NCBI GenBank assembly: GCA_030704615.1
Contig: CM060731.1
Coordinates: 69,502,001 to 69,566,000, forward strand
Direction of reading: 5' to 3'
DNA length: 64,000 nucleotides
Source: Takakia lepidozioides
Taxonomy: Eukaryota > Plantae > Bryophyta
Positions 23,415 through 37,655 of this stretch are shown in pieces. Positions within the stretch are counted from its first letter, which is position 1; each line of letters begins with the position of its first letter. Both the position numbers and the translations under genes were made by a program. Under the pieces are notes generated by a model that ran no database searches, was not told the origin of the DNA, and saw nothing but the letters and a program-made list of their open reading frames with translations.

Positions 23415-26400
23415 CTAGAAGTTCAAGAGAATCCTCTCACTTGGAACACCCTCAGTTAATAAAGCTGACGAAACAACCTACATCAAGAGACGATAAACCA
23501 TGATAGTGAAACGACTTACACTTAGAAGATAAAGCTGAAGTCAATAAGGGGAGGTTTAACATTGCTTTTCGAAGTCTATGATGGATGAGGGGAAACCTTT
23601 GTAGAAGACCTGTCCCATTACTATGACGTCCAGATGTGAATCAATTACATTGGAAACCCCCTCGACCATCTATTATATGCCCTTGGGCGTAAGCCATTGC
23701 AAACTTGGCTACAGAAATTTCCATGACACTCACCCACAACCAACTTACACAGAAGTAAAAAGAAGTGGTAGAGAGACTGACACAGAAGAGAGAAGAGACT
23801 AATGAGACAGCTTAAGAGAACAAGGAAGGATTTTCATCACACCTGCACCATTTCTTTATTGCCACACAAGAAAGCACCAGTCTGAGATGCATTTCTTATG
23901 CCTTTTTCTTTTGCAAAGGCTGTCTGCAACCCCCCTCAAAATAATGTGGGTGATAAGTGATAACCTGACATCTAAATTCCATATCACTCCCATACTCTAG
24001 AACACAAGGAGGGCGCAAAGAAAGGGGTCTGCATACACACACAGGATATAGTACAAGATTATGGTGACGCTCTCCTTCTGTGACATGAAGAGACCTACAA
24101 GACTCTCATGAGTTCGTGGAACTCAGGTCCACAATGGAAGGCATGTACTTGTTGGAGTTTCTTACTCTAGCCTTGTGGGTTATGGGCCGTACACCTAGTT
24201 TGGACACGGTGGGGGAAGGGTGCCAAGTTGGGCCACTGCCAGCTCCAGCCGTGGGGCTTATCTCACATAGTGATTCTCCCTTCCAGACTTGCTTGAGAAA
24301 GATCTCTATCAGGGGTCATACAGTTGAATAGACAGATCCCTGTGATACTTATCTCAACAGAGTCCTGCTCATATGTCCAGTCAATGTCAAATTGGGAGAG
24401 AACCCCAGGATTCGAATGTCTAAAGTTTCGGAAGTGCCAAGATTTAGTGAAGCACAAGCATTACCTGGACAGAGCCCAGCTCACCGGCCCAGTTCTTGTC
24501 AGGTTTGCACACCACTGGCACCACTCTTACACCCAATGCCTCCCAGTTCTTGAACTTATGCTGTCATGGTCAATGAAAGCTTGCTGAGGTTAGAGCAAAC
24601 ATTCATTTAGAGACAAGCAATGAATGCACCAATACTGCACTTGAACAATATATAAGACTGTACTCAGAAGACGTTTGCTGTAGCCTTGTGGCCATAGACC
24701 TCACGCAACAGTTTGGGCAGAACAAGAAGGAACAGAGACTAGCTTTTCTGAGGGGCTCACTACTTTCTACAATGTATAAGAGAACTCTAAAGAGGATTGG
24801 CACCATCACCATCCACACCTGGTAAGCCATTTGCTGCTGAGTGTAAGCACCATAGTATAGCCTGACATCCTTTCGTCTATGCGCATCAAACCCCGCCTCC
24901 AAAAGTGAGCGAATTGCACTGTCATGTATAATGGTGAGAGCTCAAATGGGCAAGTCTCATGTTCTCCTTTGCACATTCTTGAAGCAGAAGCACAAATACT
25001 TCATATTTGATATTCATGATCCATACCCCTTGGCTCTTCTTCAACACATGTGCAAGGTGCTTGATGCAAGCACAAGCAAATCGAATCAAAATATCTATCT
25101 TGAAATCACTAAGGTGAAAATCTAGTCACAGCCAGATCATTATGCTCACGAGGAAGCTGAAAATTTTCATCCATCAAGAGTGAAGTAGTTTGAAGTACGA
25201 AAGAAAAGAACTCCAAAAGAACAGAATGTGAAGAGAGATACAGAACAGGCCACAAATGGTAATCACTTAAACCTTGAGATCGAATATTTACGAAGATGTA
25301 GTGTCTTGCCAACCAACAAGGAAGAGTCATACTGAGATGTTTCAGCCAGGATGGTCAAGCCAGGAGATATTACCTGATGCCAGTACCAGTGGCAAAAAGC
25401 AACACAGTCGGGAAGTCTTTGGCTGGGGTAACTTGTTCCACGTGGAAGCCATTGCCCATAATCTGGCTAACTTCTACCTTGTCACCCTTCCCTAAGCTAC
25501 ACAGAAGGCCTGCTGTAGTGCCTTGCAGAGACTTGATCAAAAATTCAAGGGAACCCTGTGCAGCTACCTTGGGAGGAGATGCAATTGCAAGATATGCTGG
25601 CTTCCTGTTCCCGACTCTGACCTGCCATTCAACAAATAGTTTCAAAAAGTACAATATACAAATATGGCTCTTGAGATGATACCCCTGAAAGAAAAGGATG
25701 ACTGCAGGAGAGAGAGAAGTTGCAAATCTTCAGTAAATGTGGACGCCATCCAAACAAACTGTACAAAAATTTAAACTAACTGTCTCACAACTGGTGATAA
25801 ATAAGGAAGAGGAACCCAATATTTGGTTAGGCATTTCAGTAACTATGGAAGTTTCTGTTTAGAAAAGTTTCACAAAGGGGTGGCACTCTTCACATTACAT
25901 TCCTGTGCAAACAGGGCTATCTTCTCGCCAGATTCTCCGTACAGACATGAAAGTCCCTAGTTACCCACTTGGCAAGGCAAAAGCATGGAACCCGTAGCCT
26001 GACATCCAAACCTACCATGTGGGCAGTGGCCTAACCACTGTTTGTTGGTTGCTGCTACTTACAAATGTGCCAGCTATCACTTTTGAGTTATCTGATGAGG
26101 TTTTCAAGAACTAGCCAATCAACCAACAGAGCTTCTTGGATACTTTTACAGCTCAAGACCGGTATACAGCACCACGTGAGCCCTCAAAAACATAAAATGA
26201 TTTCTCTCGGTATGAAGGCCCAAACTGCAGCTTTGGTAAAATGCATTCTGCCCGTGCAACATACACTTCGGGTCCGGTTTCCATTGTATTTCCACAGGCA
26301 TTTGGTAGTGCAGCTACATCTCCTAGTCATTTGTGTCCGTCTCCGTTGATCTAGAGTTACCATCATGTTTTCTCAGGATAGTGGAGATGCCAGATGCCTG

Positions 26401-26985
26401 TACCAGATCGTGAGCTAAATCCGTGGATCCATACCCACGGAGTTTGACCCTAAACCATCGACCCTGGGGAGCTATCTTCAACATAGGTTGGATCAGAATT
26501 TGCAAGGACTGGTGCTATCTACTAGAGCTCTGGGTTCCGCAAGTGTCACACCTGTATAAACTGGCCAGCTTGGGTGTGTCCCTCCATAAGTTCCGGAATC
26601 CTTCTAATGTCCAACTCTACATGATAGAGTTGCTCCGCGGCATTACAGATTTCCGCCACAGGCACCTCCGTCCATAGGACCTCCTGCTTCCTCACAGCGG
26701 CAGTAGCTAGTCCCCCAATCCTCCCAGAATGCCTCCGGCGGCCATCACTGGCTTGCCGCAGGCTCCATCTTTGCAGCGCACCCAAGCTCCCTGCAAGCCG
26801 TGATCCGACCATGGCCTAAGCTCCAGAGGTTGCAGCCCTTGCTGCAAAAAGGGCTTGTGTACGAACATAGAGTCAGCAGCTCGATACACAAGATGGCAAT
26901 CAATGGTTGCAAAGTAGTTGGCAGTGTGGAGGTAGGGTTCACAGATCGCAAGGGCATCAGCTATGGAGGAAGAAATGGATGCCAT
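23415..26985 (-). CDS. FNR-like FAD/NAD(P)-binding oxidoreductase (fruit protein pKIWI502 / At1g15140-like), probably plastid-targeted
   Basis: Exons: ~26812(or 26985)-26553 (HTQAGQFIQ), 25621-25375 (YLAIASPP, LLFATGTGI), ~24917-24821 (RLYYGA), 24560-24465 (WEALGVRVVPV), 23923-23843 (FLCGNKEM), 23477-23415 (ILLNF*). Start codon uncertain. Confidence 0.88.
24659..24765 (-). repeat. Short copy of the LINE-3'-derived intronic repeat
   Basis: tgtactcagaagacgtttgctgtagccttgtggccatagacc... matches the copies at 53009, 53721 and 58703. Confidence 0.85.
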
Positions 26986-27524
26986 GGAGGGAGTAACGAG
27001 AACGACGATGCTGCTACTTTTAGGGTTTCCTCAATACATTTGTGTATTCCATTTAGCTAGCGTGTAGTAGGATCGATAGCTAACGGATGCCGATACTTAA
27101 CAGAACCCAGTATAGTTTCCTGTTGCTATCGCTCCGCTTTGAATTCATAAGTCCTCAAAAGCCCCCACACCATAGATGCTGAACGCTTTAGGGACCAGAG
27201 GGATGCTGAACTGTAGCAGTCTTGAGAAGGTGACCAACATAGGCCTTGTGGTTTCTTCACAAAGCGACTAGTAAAAGGGAGTCTGCATGCCGAGTCTTTC
27301 CCAGCAATCTGTCAAAAACTCTCCTTCTTGGACCTCACTGCTGCTGTTCGACAATCATCACCATAGGCAGCTCACAAAAAAATGTGGTACTTGACTACAG
27401 ATTCCAGACTACTTCTCCCCACTTAATTCTCAGCTCTCAAACATAGTGACATATTATGACTAGTCCACACTGGTCCACCCTCACATGTTAAGCCATGAGC
27501 TTGCTTTCATGCCCGTTTCTTATT

Positions 27525-28910
27525 TCAACACAAGAGCATACCCCATCTTGGAATTCGTGAAAGCGGTTCACCAAACTGAACAACCGCAGTTCACCAAACA
27601 ATCTTCAAGATGAAATTGGTGGAGGTGTAGCAGTCACCGCACACCTGAAGGATGACACGGATAGACATGCCAGGGGCTGCGTTAATGAGTCCAAAAGCAA
27701 TAGCTCTCTTCTCACTATGGTGGTGAAGAGAAAATGCCTTTTCCACATCATGCAATACAAAGCATATGTCAGGCACATACCCGATCTGACCTGACAATCC
27801 AGCATTGCCTCAATTTGTGATGTACCTTGTCCTGTACAGCAAATGTGCACAACTTAATCCAGCTGCACCATGCCTCCTTTCTAACACCTCTGTCCTGCCT
27901 CATTTTTCTAAACACTGGTTTTTATCACTTCCTGCAAGCTGCAGCATAGATGTTAGACCACATAACCGGGCATCATTCTGTGGATCACTCTTGAGTATAC
28001 TTTTTGCTACACGTTCTGCTAGCTCAAGATCGCCATGAACTCTGCAGGCGCCAAGCAAAGCCCCCCATACCAAAGCACCTGGTTCGACAGGAATATTGTT
28101 AATGAAGTCCTCTGCCTCATCCAACCAGCCTGCACGGCCAAGAAGGTTCACCATGCGGCCAAAATGCTCCACTGTGGGAGTGAGGCCATGATCTTGACTC
28201 ATGGAATGATGACCTTTGTCTACTAGGCCCCCATGGTTACATGCAGACAGAAGAGATAAAAAGGTGACATTGTCAGGCTTCAAGCCTTCCTGTATCTGGA
28301 GCAATCCCGACTTTGATGATGTCAGCATGGACCTCTTGGCCCTTCTCCAGGGTTCCTAGGCTGGCACAGGCATTGAGAAGGCGAGTGTATGTCACCTTGT
28401 TGGGTGTCACCTCTTCCCCTTTCATTTGCTCATAGATCTCAAAAGCCTCCCTACCACACCCACGCTTGGCATATCCTACCATCATTATATTCCATGTAAG
28501 CAATTCTCATTCAGGCATTTGGACAAACACTTGGCGTGCATCCACCACACTCCCACACCTGACATACGTGTTGACGGGTTTTGAGTAGGAAGATACTTGG
28601 CTTGAATCCACTGTGGACAATATGGGCATGCATCTGCTTTCCCTCTGCTATACTTTTCCTGTCACTCCTGCAAGATACAGACATAAGTCTTGGAGTCCGC
28701 CCAAATGCCTCTTTCAGTCAAAATGTGCAAAGCATCCTTCAATCGTCCTGTTTTACATAGTGTCCTCAGATCACCACAACTGCCCACAAAATTCTTGTTC
28801 ACTCCCTCTCTTGCTCTTCTTTCAAAAGCAGTGATGATGGCGGAGGTGGTGCCCCTGCTGCCAGTCTGAAATCCAACAAACTGTGAATGATTTAACCCCG
28901 CCCCCTCCAT
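27525..28910 (-). pseudogene. PLS-class PPR E/DYW pseudogene with internal deletion, frameshifts and no terminal DYW
   Basis: Fragments LCKTGRLKDAL, TWNIMMVGYAKRG, KPDNVTFLSLLSAC, WGALLGACRVHG, HHSEKRAIAFGL, VCGDCYTS and NRFHEFQDGVCSC lie in different frames. Confidence 0.9.
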
Positions 28911-31544
28911 GACAACTCTTCAAGCCTTCAACAGGACTACCTCTAAGCCCCTCATACTTTACAAAAAGATGTGACCATTGAAATGTACCCATTTTTATTC
29001 ACTTGAGTTGGAAACCTTGAATTGTAATCATAACATTACCTGTTGTCTTCTAGGCCTGGAGCTGCATGGTTTCAGGGCTCAACCAATTTTCAATCCAAAG
29101 GACGTCATTTGTGAGTTCATGTGTGAAGTCTGGTGATTCTTGTCTGTAGACATTGCGGGTGGGCAGGTGAGCAGCCAAACCCCCCATGGCAGCTGCTTAT
29201 ATGCTAGACTGCTGAAGGTACTCTAATAACAAGGGAACAACATCCTGAATTCCCTGTAACATCTTTTAATTAGCTGTGTGGAAGACTGCACAGATAAGTT
29301 CCCATACCCTCATGAGTAGAAGCTCCACAACTGGCTGGGGGAGGGTTGATAGCAATGTTCATGGCCAACTCACAGGGGATGGTCAACTAGTAAATCTCTC
29401 TCTGCCTTATCGATCCTTGAGTGTGACCGGCAATTCTGGCTCTCAGCTGCCCCAAATGAGAACAGCAATCGGGTCACATCTGTTGTCACCGCCTCTCCGC
29501 GTTAAGGAGGGAGCTAAAAATCATTGCAGGTCTTGGAACTTACATTGCAGCAGGATCTCGGTGGGCTATGCTCGAGCACTGCCATAACTATACGCCTCAC
29601 AGGGGTTGTGGCCGCAAGCAAGTCATCTCTAAATGGGCACCTATATCTCCCTCTCTCGCGCTCACCAGAAAGTTGCAAGGGAAAAAGATGGGATTATATT
29701 CTCCTGGTGTGGGTCAAGGACAGAAACACAGACGCTGGGCTACACACCCAAAATACCGACCAAAGAGTTACAGGTCTCTATACCTTTCTTCGGTGTGCCT
29801 GAAATAGACGGGGGAAGCGTGATGGCACTCTCGGGCCTGGCAAGGATGCACATATCAGCTCCACGGCCTTGGCCATTACTCTGCTGCATGACGTAAGAAC
29901 TCCCGGTCATTCATCGCAAGAAGGTGCGGAATTGGGTCGGGCGTGCCCAAGAGCGTCGGAGCACGTTGTCATACCTGTGACGAAGCCGGAAGCAAGAAAG
30001 TTTGAGCGCAACAAAGAAAGCGTTAAAGAAAATCAAGTATGCTTCTTGCACTACAGTGCTTATTGGTAGCTGCATACTAAAGTGGGCGAGTGGTATAATT
30101 ACTGCTTGTGTCCAACACGACAGCACGGCTTCATCTTCAATGATGGAAACCAAGTGGATCTTAGAAAGAACCCAGAGATTTGTTGGGCTCGGAGGTTACC
30201 GCACGTCATTCACATTCTTCAACAGCAAAAATTGCCGCAGGTCCGAGCCACAGCTTGTTGAACCAATCCTCAAAAGGGTTGAATTGTGTACTCTGATGGG
30301 ATGTTTCGGTAGCTATGTGTGTACCTACTTCACCCTGCTCCCTCTGCGCAGCCTGGTTCTCTCAGCGAACTCTCTTTTCTGCTTTTGCAAATTGACAATT
30401 TAATCCTCCGCTATGGAACTCGTCAAAATCCCAGGGAGATTGAAGTCAGGCACAAAGATAGATACATAGAGTGATGAGCTCGTGAGCTTTGCACAGTACA
30501 GTATGCAATGAAGGGGTGATCTGAAAGGTAGCGGGAGTGCGTAGAGGAGGAGCACGCTGCCTTAATTTGTTCCGTGGCCAGGCAGTCCAACTGATAGCAG
30601 GCTGACGACCAGGAACAGGGAAGTCAAATTTTTAGTGAAGATTGAGCCGATCCTGAATGATGTGGCGGCTAGCATGTAACTAGTATATTTCATTGTCTTT
30701 AGCTTTCTCTCTCTTCCCTTACCTCTTCAGTTAGCTGCCCGTCTCTCTTCCGTCTCCTTCCTGGAGAGAGGTGGGCAACTTGTGGCACGACTGGAAATAT
30801 AGGCGTGTAACACACCAACATGCAGTCGCAACAAAACATGTTAAGCTGGCCATTGGGGAGGGAGTTAGAGACTCGGGTGAAGGAGGCTGCATAGGGGAAG
30901 CATGTTGCAGGGAAGGGAAAGTCGAACAAGCTTTGGCTACTCAAGCTTTACCCAGGGCCAAATCTGTCGAGATTCTGCGAGAGAGAGAGGCTTTCTTTAT
31001 AGCTCCTCCGCTGGCGCAGTCCAGTCACCTCAGTAGGATAGCTTGGCGCTCTCAGGCATGAACTTCGAGCTAGAGTGATGGCCCTGGTTAAGTGATACCA
31101 TTGATTCGGAAAGCCAAGCAGCTGCAGTTCCATGAGAGTATTCTTCAGCTGTGGTAGATGCAGGACCTCTTCAGATGATGCATTGTGTGGCTAATACACC
31201 ATTTCCGTCAAAGCTTCATCACTAAACTTCTACCGACTGTGCTGCCCAGTGAATTTGCAATCTTGACTTTGAATCTCGACAACAACTGAACTGAAGTAAC
31301 TGAATTATCAATCTTGACTCTTACTAACAGTCTCCACTCTATTTACGCAGAGTGATGTTAGCAAACTTCGACTCTCCTTGAGCATGCGTCAAAGACATTG
31401 ATCCAGTCAGACCCCAGGTACGAGAATTCATTAACAATAACCCCAGCAACCTAGTTCGAGACACCAATCTGACCTGCTACATGAAAGCTTATCATTGCAG
31501 CCAGTGAGACTGGGTGCAACAGTTGCATCGAGAAACACAAAGGA

Positions 31545-31667
31545 TGACAGAAAAAGAGAGACACATAGCCAATGATGCAACCACATCTATGACAGAAAAA
31601 GGAGAGAGACATAGCCAATGAGGCATCACATCTTCAAGCTGCAGAGAAAAAGGAGAGAGATATGGCC
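31545..31667. repeat. ~46-bp imperfect tandem repeat, ~2.5 copies
   Basis: gacagaaaaa(g)gagaga(g/c)acatagccaatga(t/g)gca(a/t)cacatct is repeated. Confidence 0.8.
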
Positions 31668-33091
31668 TATCTTGGACTTCCAGGCACCAATACAAGCTTC
31701 CATGGCAGCAATTTGTCAAGCAATCTGTCAGGATTGCCCACTCCAAGACTGGTCTCCCTCAGCAGCTCAGCACCAGGTAGGGGGTGGGTGGGGCCCCTGC
31801 ACAAACAAGCATGGGCTGCTGGCAAGAGTGTACCAAGTGTACCGGATATGAGGTACAAATCCAGGCAGGATGCATATCCATAATAATGTTGGCCCATAAC
31901 TCTATATATCCAATGCAGGATATATATCCCATAATGTTTGCCCATAACCACCACTCCCTCTTATCATACTAGCCTAACTACTGTACTACTTTTCCAGTAA
32001 AAACTAAAAACCAGCACCAGTAAAGTTAACTACAGCAGTTGAAGTCAGTCAATGAAACTACAGTAGTTAAGAAGGCAACATAACCTTTGCCGTGATAATG
32101 TTCCCTACATTAAGGAGCCGAAGGTCCGGTCGGGTCGGTTCCGAATCGACTGAAATGCTTTTGTTTGGCATAAACAGACTGTAAAAATGTCTACTCACCA
32201 ATTGGGCAACGGCATCACTGGCGAGGTGACGAATTTAGCAAGTTGTTCATCTACCTGAAGGGTATGTGTCTCATATGCAGCAAAGCACTGAAAAGAGTCC
32301 GGAGTGATAAGCCAACCCCAATTCGATAGAACAGTGAGGATTGAGAATCCGACCCAAATTCGACAGAACAGTAAGGTTGGGTTACTTACTTAACACGGGA
32401 ACTAAATGGATAAGATAAGATAAAGTTTCTTTAACGTAACTAAACGGATTCAGCTAAGGAACTATGACCTACCGGACCCAAGTAATAGCTCCACAACAGG
32501 TGCCGCCGGGATGTGGAACATTGCCGTTCCGGCGGGCCCTCTCTTGGAGCCATCTGCCCTATACAGAACGAACTTGCCGGCGGCCGGCACAACCTGCCGG
32601 CCCATTAGTTACATCATTTTGTTACTGCCTCGGTGACGTGGCGTTGGCGCTTACTACAAGGGAACCGAGGGCATGACGTGGATGGGTTTGGGCCGACGAT
32701 GGTGGATGAGCGGAGCACGTGGAGATGTTTTCGCCGCCCATCGTGCCGGTGGGCCCAATTTATTGCTGCCCAATCTACCTGCCGTACATGATTACTCGCC
32801 CACTTATTATATATTAAACTGGAATATAAGATATAAAATATTTGATGACAGAATATGTTCCAAATGAGTATTTTAGTATTTAGTACTATTCCAACTCATC
32901 ATCATCTGTTTGGGTTTTAGTGTCTTGGAATACGAAAATAAATTAAAATAATAATCCGCTCTGGATGTTTCTCATTCATATATATATATGACGGCAGCCG
33001 GAGCTAGCGTAAATAAGAGCCTCTTCCCCTTGTGGGTACTACCCCTTTTGCGGGCGGGCTCTGTGATGTTGTGGCACCGGAATGCACTCAC

Positions 33092-33165
33092 ATCGAACTC
33101 GTTCACACCGAACTCGTTCACACCGAACTCCAAACAAGTAGAGAATTCCACAAGTAGAGAATTCC
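33092..33165. repeat. Two adjacent short tandem duplications
   Basis: cgaactcgttcacac x2.5 followed by acaagtagagaattcc x2. Confidence 0.8.
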
Positions 33166-34604
33166 GCTACTATGCTCTTCTCTAAACATATACGCTACAA
33201 GATGAAAGTTCGAGACAAGCGGGCACTTGCTCTATCCGATAATGAGGTTAAAGAATGTTGGTGGGCGCAAGATCGGCCATGGCTTATTTCTTGTCCGTTC
33301 CGCCCGGCCGGAAGTGTGTTGTCCCAATCGGTAGCACACCAATGCTTGCCTTCATATTGATTAATAATTATTTCGCAGCTTCGAGAACTCCCTTTCCTCG
33401 GAGGAAACGTTTTGCACTGGATGGAGAGGATGAAAGTTGGGATGGATGGACGATAATCATCCATCTCCGACAGGAGAAGCTTCCAAACGCGGAATAGCAA
33501 AAACTATCCGTAGCGCGCTACCGCGGGCCCACACATAAGCCAACGGGAAAGATCGGGATCCGGCGTGCTAGAAACCGGCCGTTCGTAACCACCATCGTGG
33601 CCGTTGGATTTTTGGAAAGAGAGGATCTGAGCCGTTGGAAGGAGAAAAAGGGAGCGGTGCGTAAAAGAGGGAACGTGTCTTGGAGTGCAAGGGAGATGGT
33701 GGAGGTGTGATGCTGCTTCTGGCTGGCCTTCGTACATTACTGGGATGTGTGTGCGGATGCACGTCACGCCCACGCCCTGCATTCCTTGATCTTGCTGTCC
33801 AGAGGGGGCTATGAAGCTCCTCTCTCGCTCTGACACTTTTCCATTCCTGATTTTCCTCGTCTTTTTCTGTTTCTGGAATGCGTTTTAATCACACTAACGG
33901 TAATCTCTTGCTGGGGCCCGAATGAATGCTGCGTGGTTTTTTTTCTCAGCAACACCAGTTAGGTAGACACAGCATGCTGATGTGTGTGGCTGTCGGTTCT
34001 TTGACATATCTTTTGCCTTCTCTCTTTCTCTTTCTCTTTCGTTACTCTCCTCCCTCTAGAGCGTGAGCCGTTGCGCTGGATCTTGGTTCCGTTGGATTTG
34101 GTGCAGCTCACAAGCAGACGGTCTGGTCAGGGTATCACGTGGTAGGCTTAATCAAGCTCCGGTGTTTCACCGTTCTTCACGACTCTTTTGGTCCCGGGCC
34201 TGAGGATTGGACTGTGCACCTGATCTGCAGGCTTTCGATCTGATGAGCTTGAAAGCGTTCCGTGTGCTGGTAGCCGACCTTTGTTCTTTACACTGTCCAG
34301 CTGTGAAGCTAACTTGCCGTGTTTAACCTTCTCATTTTGTAAGGCCAATCTGTGGCCTTTAGTACTTGGAGTTTGGATGTTTTGAGCATTTTGTTGAATT
34401 ACTGGAACTGTTTGCTGTTGGATGCCTGAGGAGTCCGCATTGCCTGCTGTTGGCTTTGAATTTGTTGTCTGGTCCTTCGTCAGTAGCCGGTTGGGATTTT
34501 CGCAAGTGCTCTCTGGTTTGTTCTTCGATAAGGAGAATCTGTGATCGGTTCACTCTCTTCAAACCTTCGCATTTTCGTACCCGTTCGATTCAACCGGCCT
34601 GCAA

Positions 34605-35774
34605 ATGTTGGAGGCCGAAGTGTCTTCTTGCGTGATTGCCAGCCATGGCAAGCAAACGGATAGGCAATCTCATAAAGAGTTGAGAGGGACTGGGGCTGGA
34701 AGGAGCCGTATGAGGTACTCACGGAACTCAATACGGGGGGCTGACTTCGACGTTTATGCCAAGTACCTCCCCATTGGTCCTCTTGGACGTGGCGCATATG
34801 GTGATGTGTGTGCCTTCACGAACTCAGAAACAGGGGAAAAGGTTGCAATAAAAAAGATCGCTAACGCGTTCCAGAACAACATGACTGCCAGGCGCACGCT
34901 TCGAGAGATCTTGCTTCTCCGGCACACGAACCACGACAACATAGTTCCCATCAGGGACATCATTGTGCCAGCAGCTATCGAGGATTTCCACGATGCTTAC
35001 ATTGCAAATGAGCTTATGGACACAGACCTGCATCAAGTGGTGCGAACAACGAAACTCGATGAATATCATTGCCAGTTTCTGCTGTACCAGCTGCTCAGAG
35101 GCCTGAAGTACATTCACTCAGCCAACATCCTGCATCGTGATTTGAAGCCAAGCAACATTCTTATCAATTGCAATGACTGCCTGCTTAAAATTTGTGATTT
35201 TGGTTTGGCTCGAACTTCATCGGAGGACGAATTTCTCACGGAGTATGTGGTCACCCGACCATACAGAGCTCCTGAGCTGCTCCTTGGAAGCCGGATGTAC
35301 ACAGCGGCTGTGGATATGTGGTCAGTTGGCTGCATTTTCGTGGAGATGCTGACAGGACAACCATTATTTCCGATCCGTTCGAGACAAGAGCATCCTGTCA
35401 ATCACTTGAAGCTAATCACTGAGCTCTTGGGAACACCTGATGACTCGGATCTATCTTTTCTGCAAAACGCAGATGCTCGCCAGCGGATACAGAGTGCGTT
35501 GGTAGGGCAAGAACGGAAACCTCTGGCTTCCAGGTTCCCTCAGGCAACATCTATTGCATGGGACTTGGCTGAGAAGATGCTGCGGTTCAATCCTTCCGAG
35601 AGAGTAACCGCTGAGGAGGCGCTGGCGCACCCCTACCTCTCAGAACTGCATGATGTTAACGATGAGCCCAGCTGCCCTTTGATGTTTGATTTTGACTCTT
35701 ACCTTCCCAATCTCACGGTGGAGCACGTGAAACATCTCATCTGGAGGGAGGCTACTGCATTCAATCCTTTGTGA
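34605..35774 (+). CDS. Mitogen-activated protein kinase, TEY type, intronless CDS, 389 aa
   Basis: [38 protein letters not shown], and CD docking motif LHDVNDEP. Confidence 0.97.
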   Translation: MLEAEVSSCVIASHGKQTDRQSHKELRGTGAGRSRMRYSRNSIRGADFDVYAKYLPIGPLGRGAYGDVCAFTNSETGEKVAIKKIANAFQNNMTARRTLREILLLRHTNHDNIVPIRDIIVPAAIEDFHDAYIANELMDTDLHQVVRTTKLDEYHCQFLLYQLLRGLKYIHSANILHRDLKPSNILINCNDCLLKICDFGLARTSSEDEFLTEYVVTRPYRAPELLLGSRMYTAAVDMWSVGCIFVEMLTGQPLFPIRSRQEHPVNHLKLITELLGTPDDSDLSFLQNADARQRIQSALVGQERKPLASRFPQATSIAWDLAEKMLRFNPSERVTAEEALAHPYLSELHDVNDEPSCPLMFDFDSYLPNLTVEHVKHLIWREATAFNPL

Positions 35775-37655
35775 GTTTCCGAACGAGAGAAGTGGAGGAG
35801 GAAGGTCTTCAGTTGCGCACCAAGCTCCCAGTTAGAGTTGGAGGTGAGAAAGTATCATCAATCTGCTTTTATGTCAATGGGTGTACTGTCTTGTAAGAAT
35901 TGTACTCTTTGTTGTGGGCATGTCTTATCTGACCAACCTGTTGAAACCCTAAGATGTGCACCAAGCCCTCGAGAAAGTATGCATATATACTTATCAGTTG
36001 TGACTTTCAATCTTCCACCAATCATCGCGCTTCTGATCAGTTGATGAGCACCACTGGTAGAGTCAGCTTCGAAAAAACTCCAGAGTTATCTCTTTGCAAG
36101 CAATTGCAAAGGCAGGTTTGGTAGGAAGTCTTTCTTTCTGATGCATAAGAAAATGGGAAGATGCAGCTTTATTGTTATCGGTTGAATGGGTGTCAAAGGT
36201 ACATATGCAAAACTGTTGAGTAATCCGGGGTTAAAGTATGTCATGAAATATAAATCGCCCTTTTAACATGTGCTGTCTATGATGCTCTTGGTCTTTCTTT
36301 CTCATCATCCATGCATTTGCTTGTACACAGGTCAAAATCTCCAAGAGAACTTCTAGCTTTCTGATTTTTGCGTTCGAAAGCGTGAAGGAAAAGGCATCTG
36401 TCTAGCCCATTTGAAACTCAATATGGTCATGTATATGTGCTTAAAGCAGGCCGTAGCATGTACATCCATTCCAGTATGTTCAATTGCATCTGCTGTGTAT
36501 CACAAAGGTGGCATTGCAGGTTGATTTGACCTATTCCTTACTTTGTCATTCATGGAAGGATGTTAGTGGCACCTAATTTTCAAGCTTAGTGACATCACTG
36601 CAGATACTGTAGACCTTTCTGTATAGAGGGAACAATTCTCTTACAAATTTCGGGTTGTGTATCCCTTTCGAAATTGGTGGTCTTATGGGATTCACTGGAA
36701 TACAAGGGGACCAACTTCCATCTCTTTGTGAATGTTTCTTGCATTGTGTTGTTTAAAGCTGACATTATAGGGATGTTGCCACTAGCCACCTATACTATGT
36801 GTGGTAAATACTTGTTGGAAGACTGTTTACATCATCAGGCATACAGATTCTTGGGGGCACAAATTGGCCGCAGTCATGGATGGTGTGGTGAAATAGTGGC
36901 ATGAGGACAAAGTTTCGCTCTAACTCTGGGTGTGATTGAATGACTTAAACCCGCAGAGCTGTGTTTATGTCATTGTGTTTAGGCCATTACATTTCTGTCA
37001 AGGACTACATCCATTCATGACAAAGATCCCTGAAGAAAATGCTGATCATCTGATGGAGCATGCGTATCATACTAATAGTATCACTGTGCTGTCGATAAGC
37101 ACTGATCCACAAAGCTGTTCTTGTGAAGAGGTGTCACCATGGCAATGGGTTCTTTGAGCTAGTTGTATAGCCAAACAGTAAACATCATGATCACTGAGGC
37201 TCCTAGCTGCACTGAAAAGACACTACATGGGTCTGTCAGAGGAAATAGGAGAGAATGTCGGGAACTACAGCAACCAGTCACACCGAGCAATCTGATGCTC
37301 TTGTTCAGAAAGGAAATGTGCACTGCTTAATCAGCTGGTCTTTTACAGTGCATGAATGGTCTTTTACAGAATTACACTCTCAATAGTAGCTCTGAACAAG
37401 TTAAATGCTGGTATGTGTGCGTCCCCATTGCTAATGAATCTACCCGAGAGTTGCTTGAGAAATCTGAGGTTACAGAGTCTGCGGCGTGTGTGTCGGACAG
37501 AACACGCACTCATCTCCAGCAAGCTCTTAGTGCCGTGGCCAGAATGACTACTGTCATGGTAAGCTCAAACCATGCAAGCTTCTCACAGCCACCTCTTGCT
37601 CCACACAAAGGTCGGTAACTCCTGGAGATACTGTACAATACAGCTAAAGAGCTGA

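Noticed and set aside
29000-33000. Numerous 60-130 aa ORFs and GC-rich ccgg tracts
   Set aside because: No family recognised; possibly old TE or pseudogene debris, but I cannot support a call.
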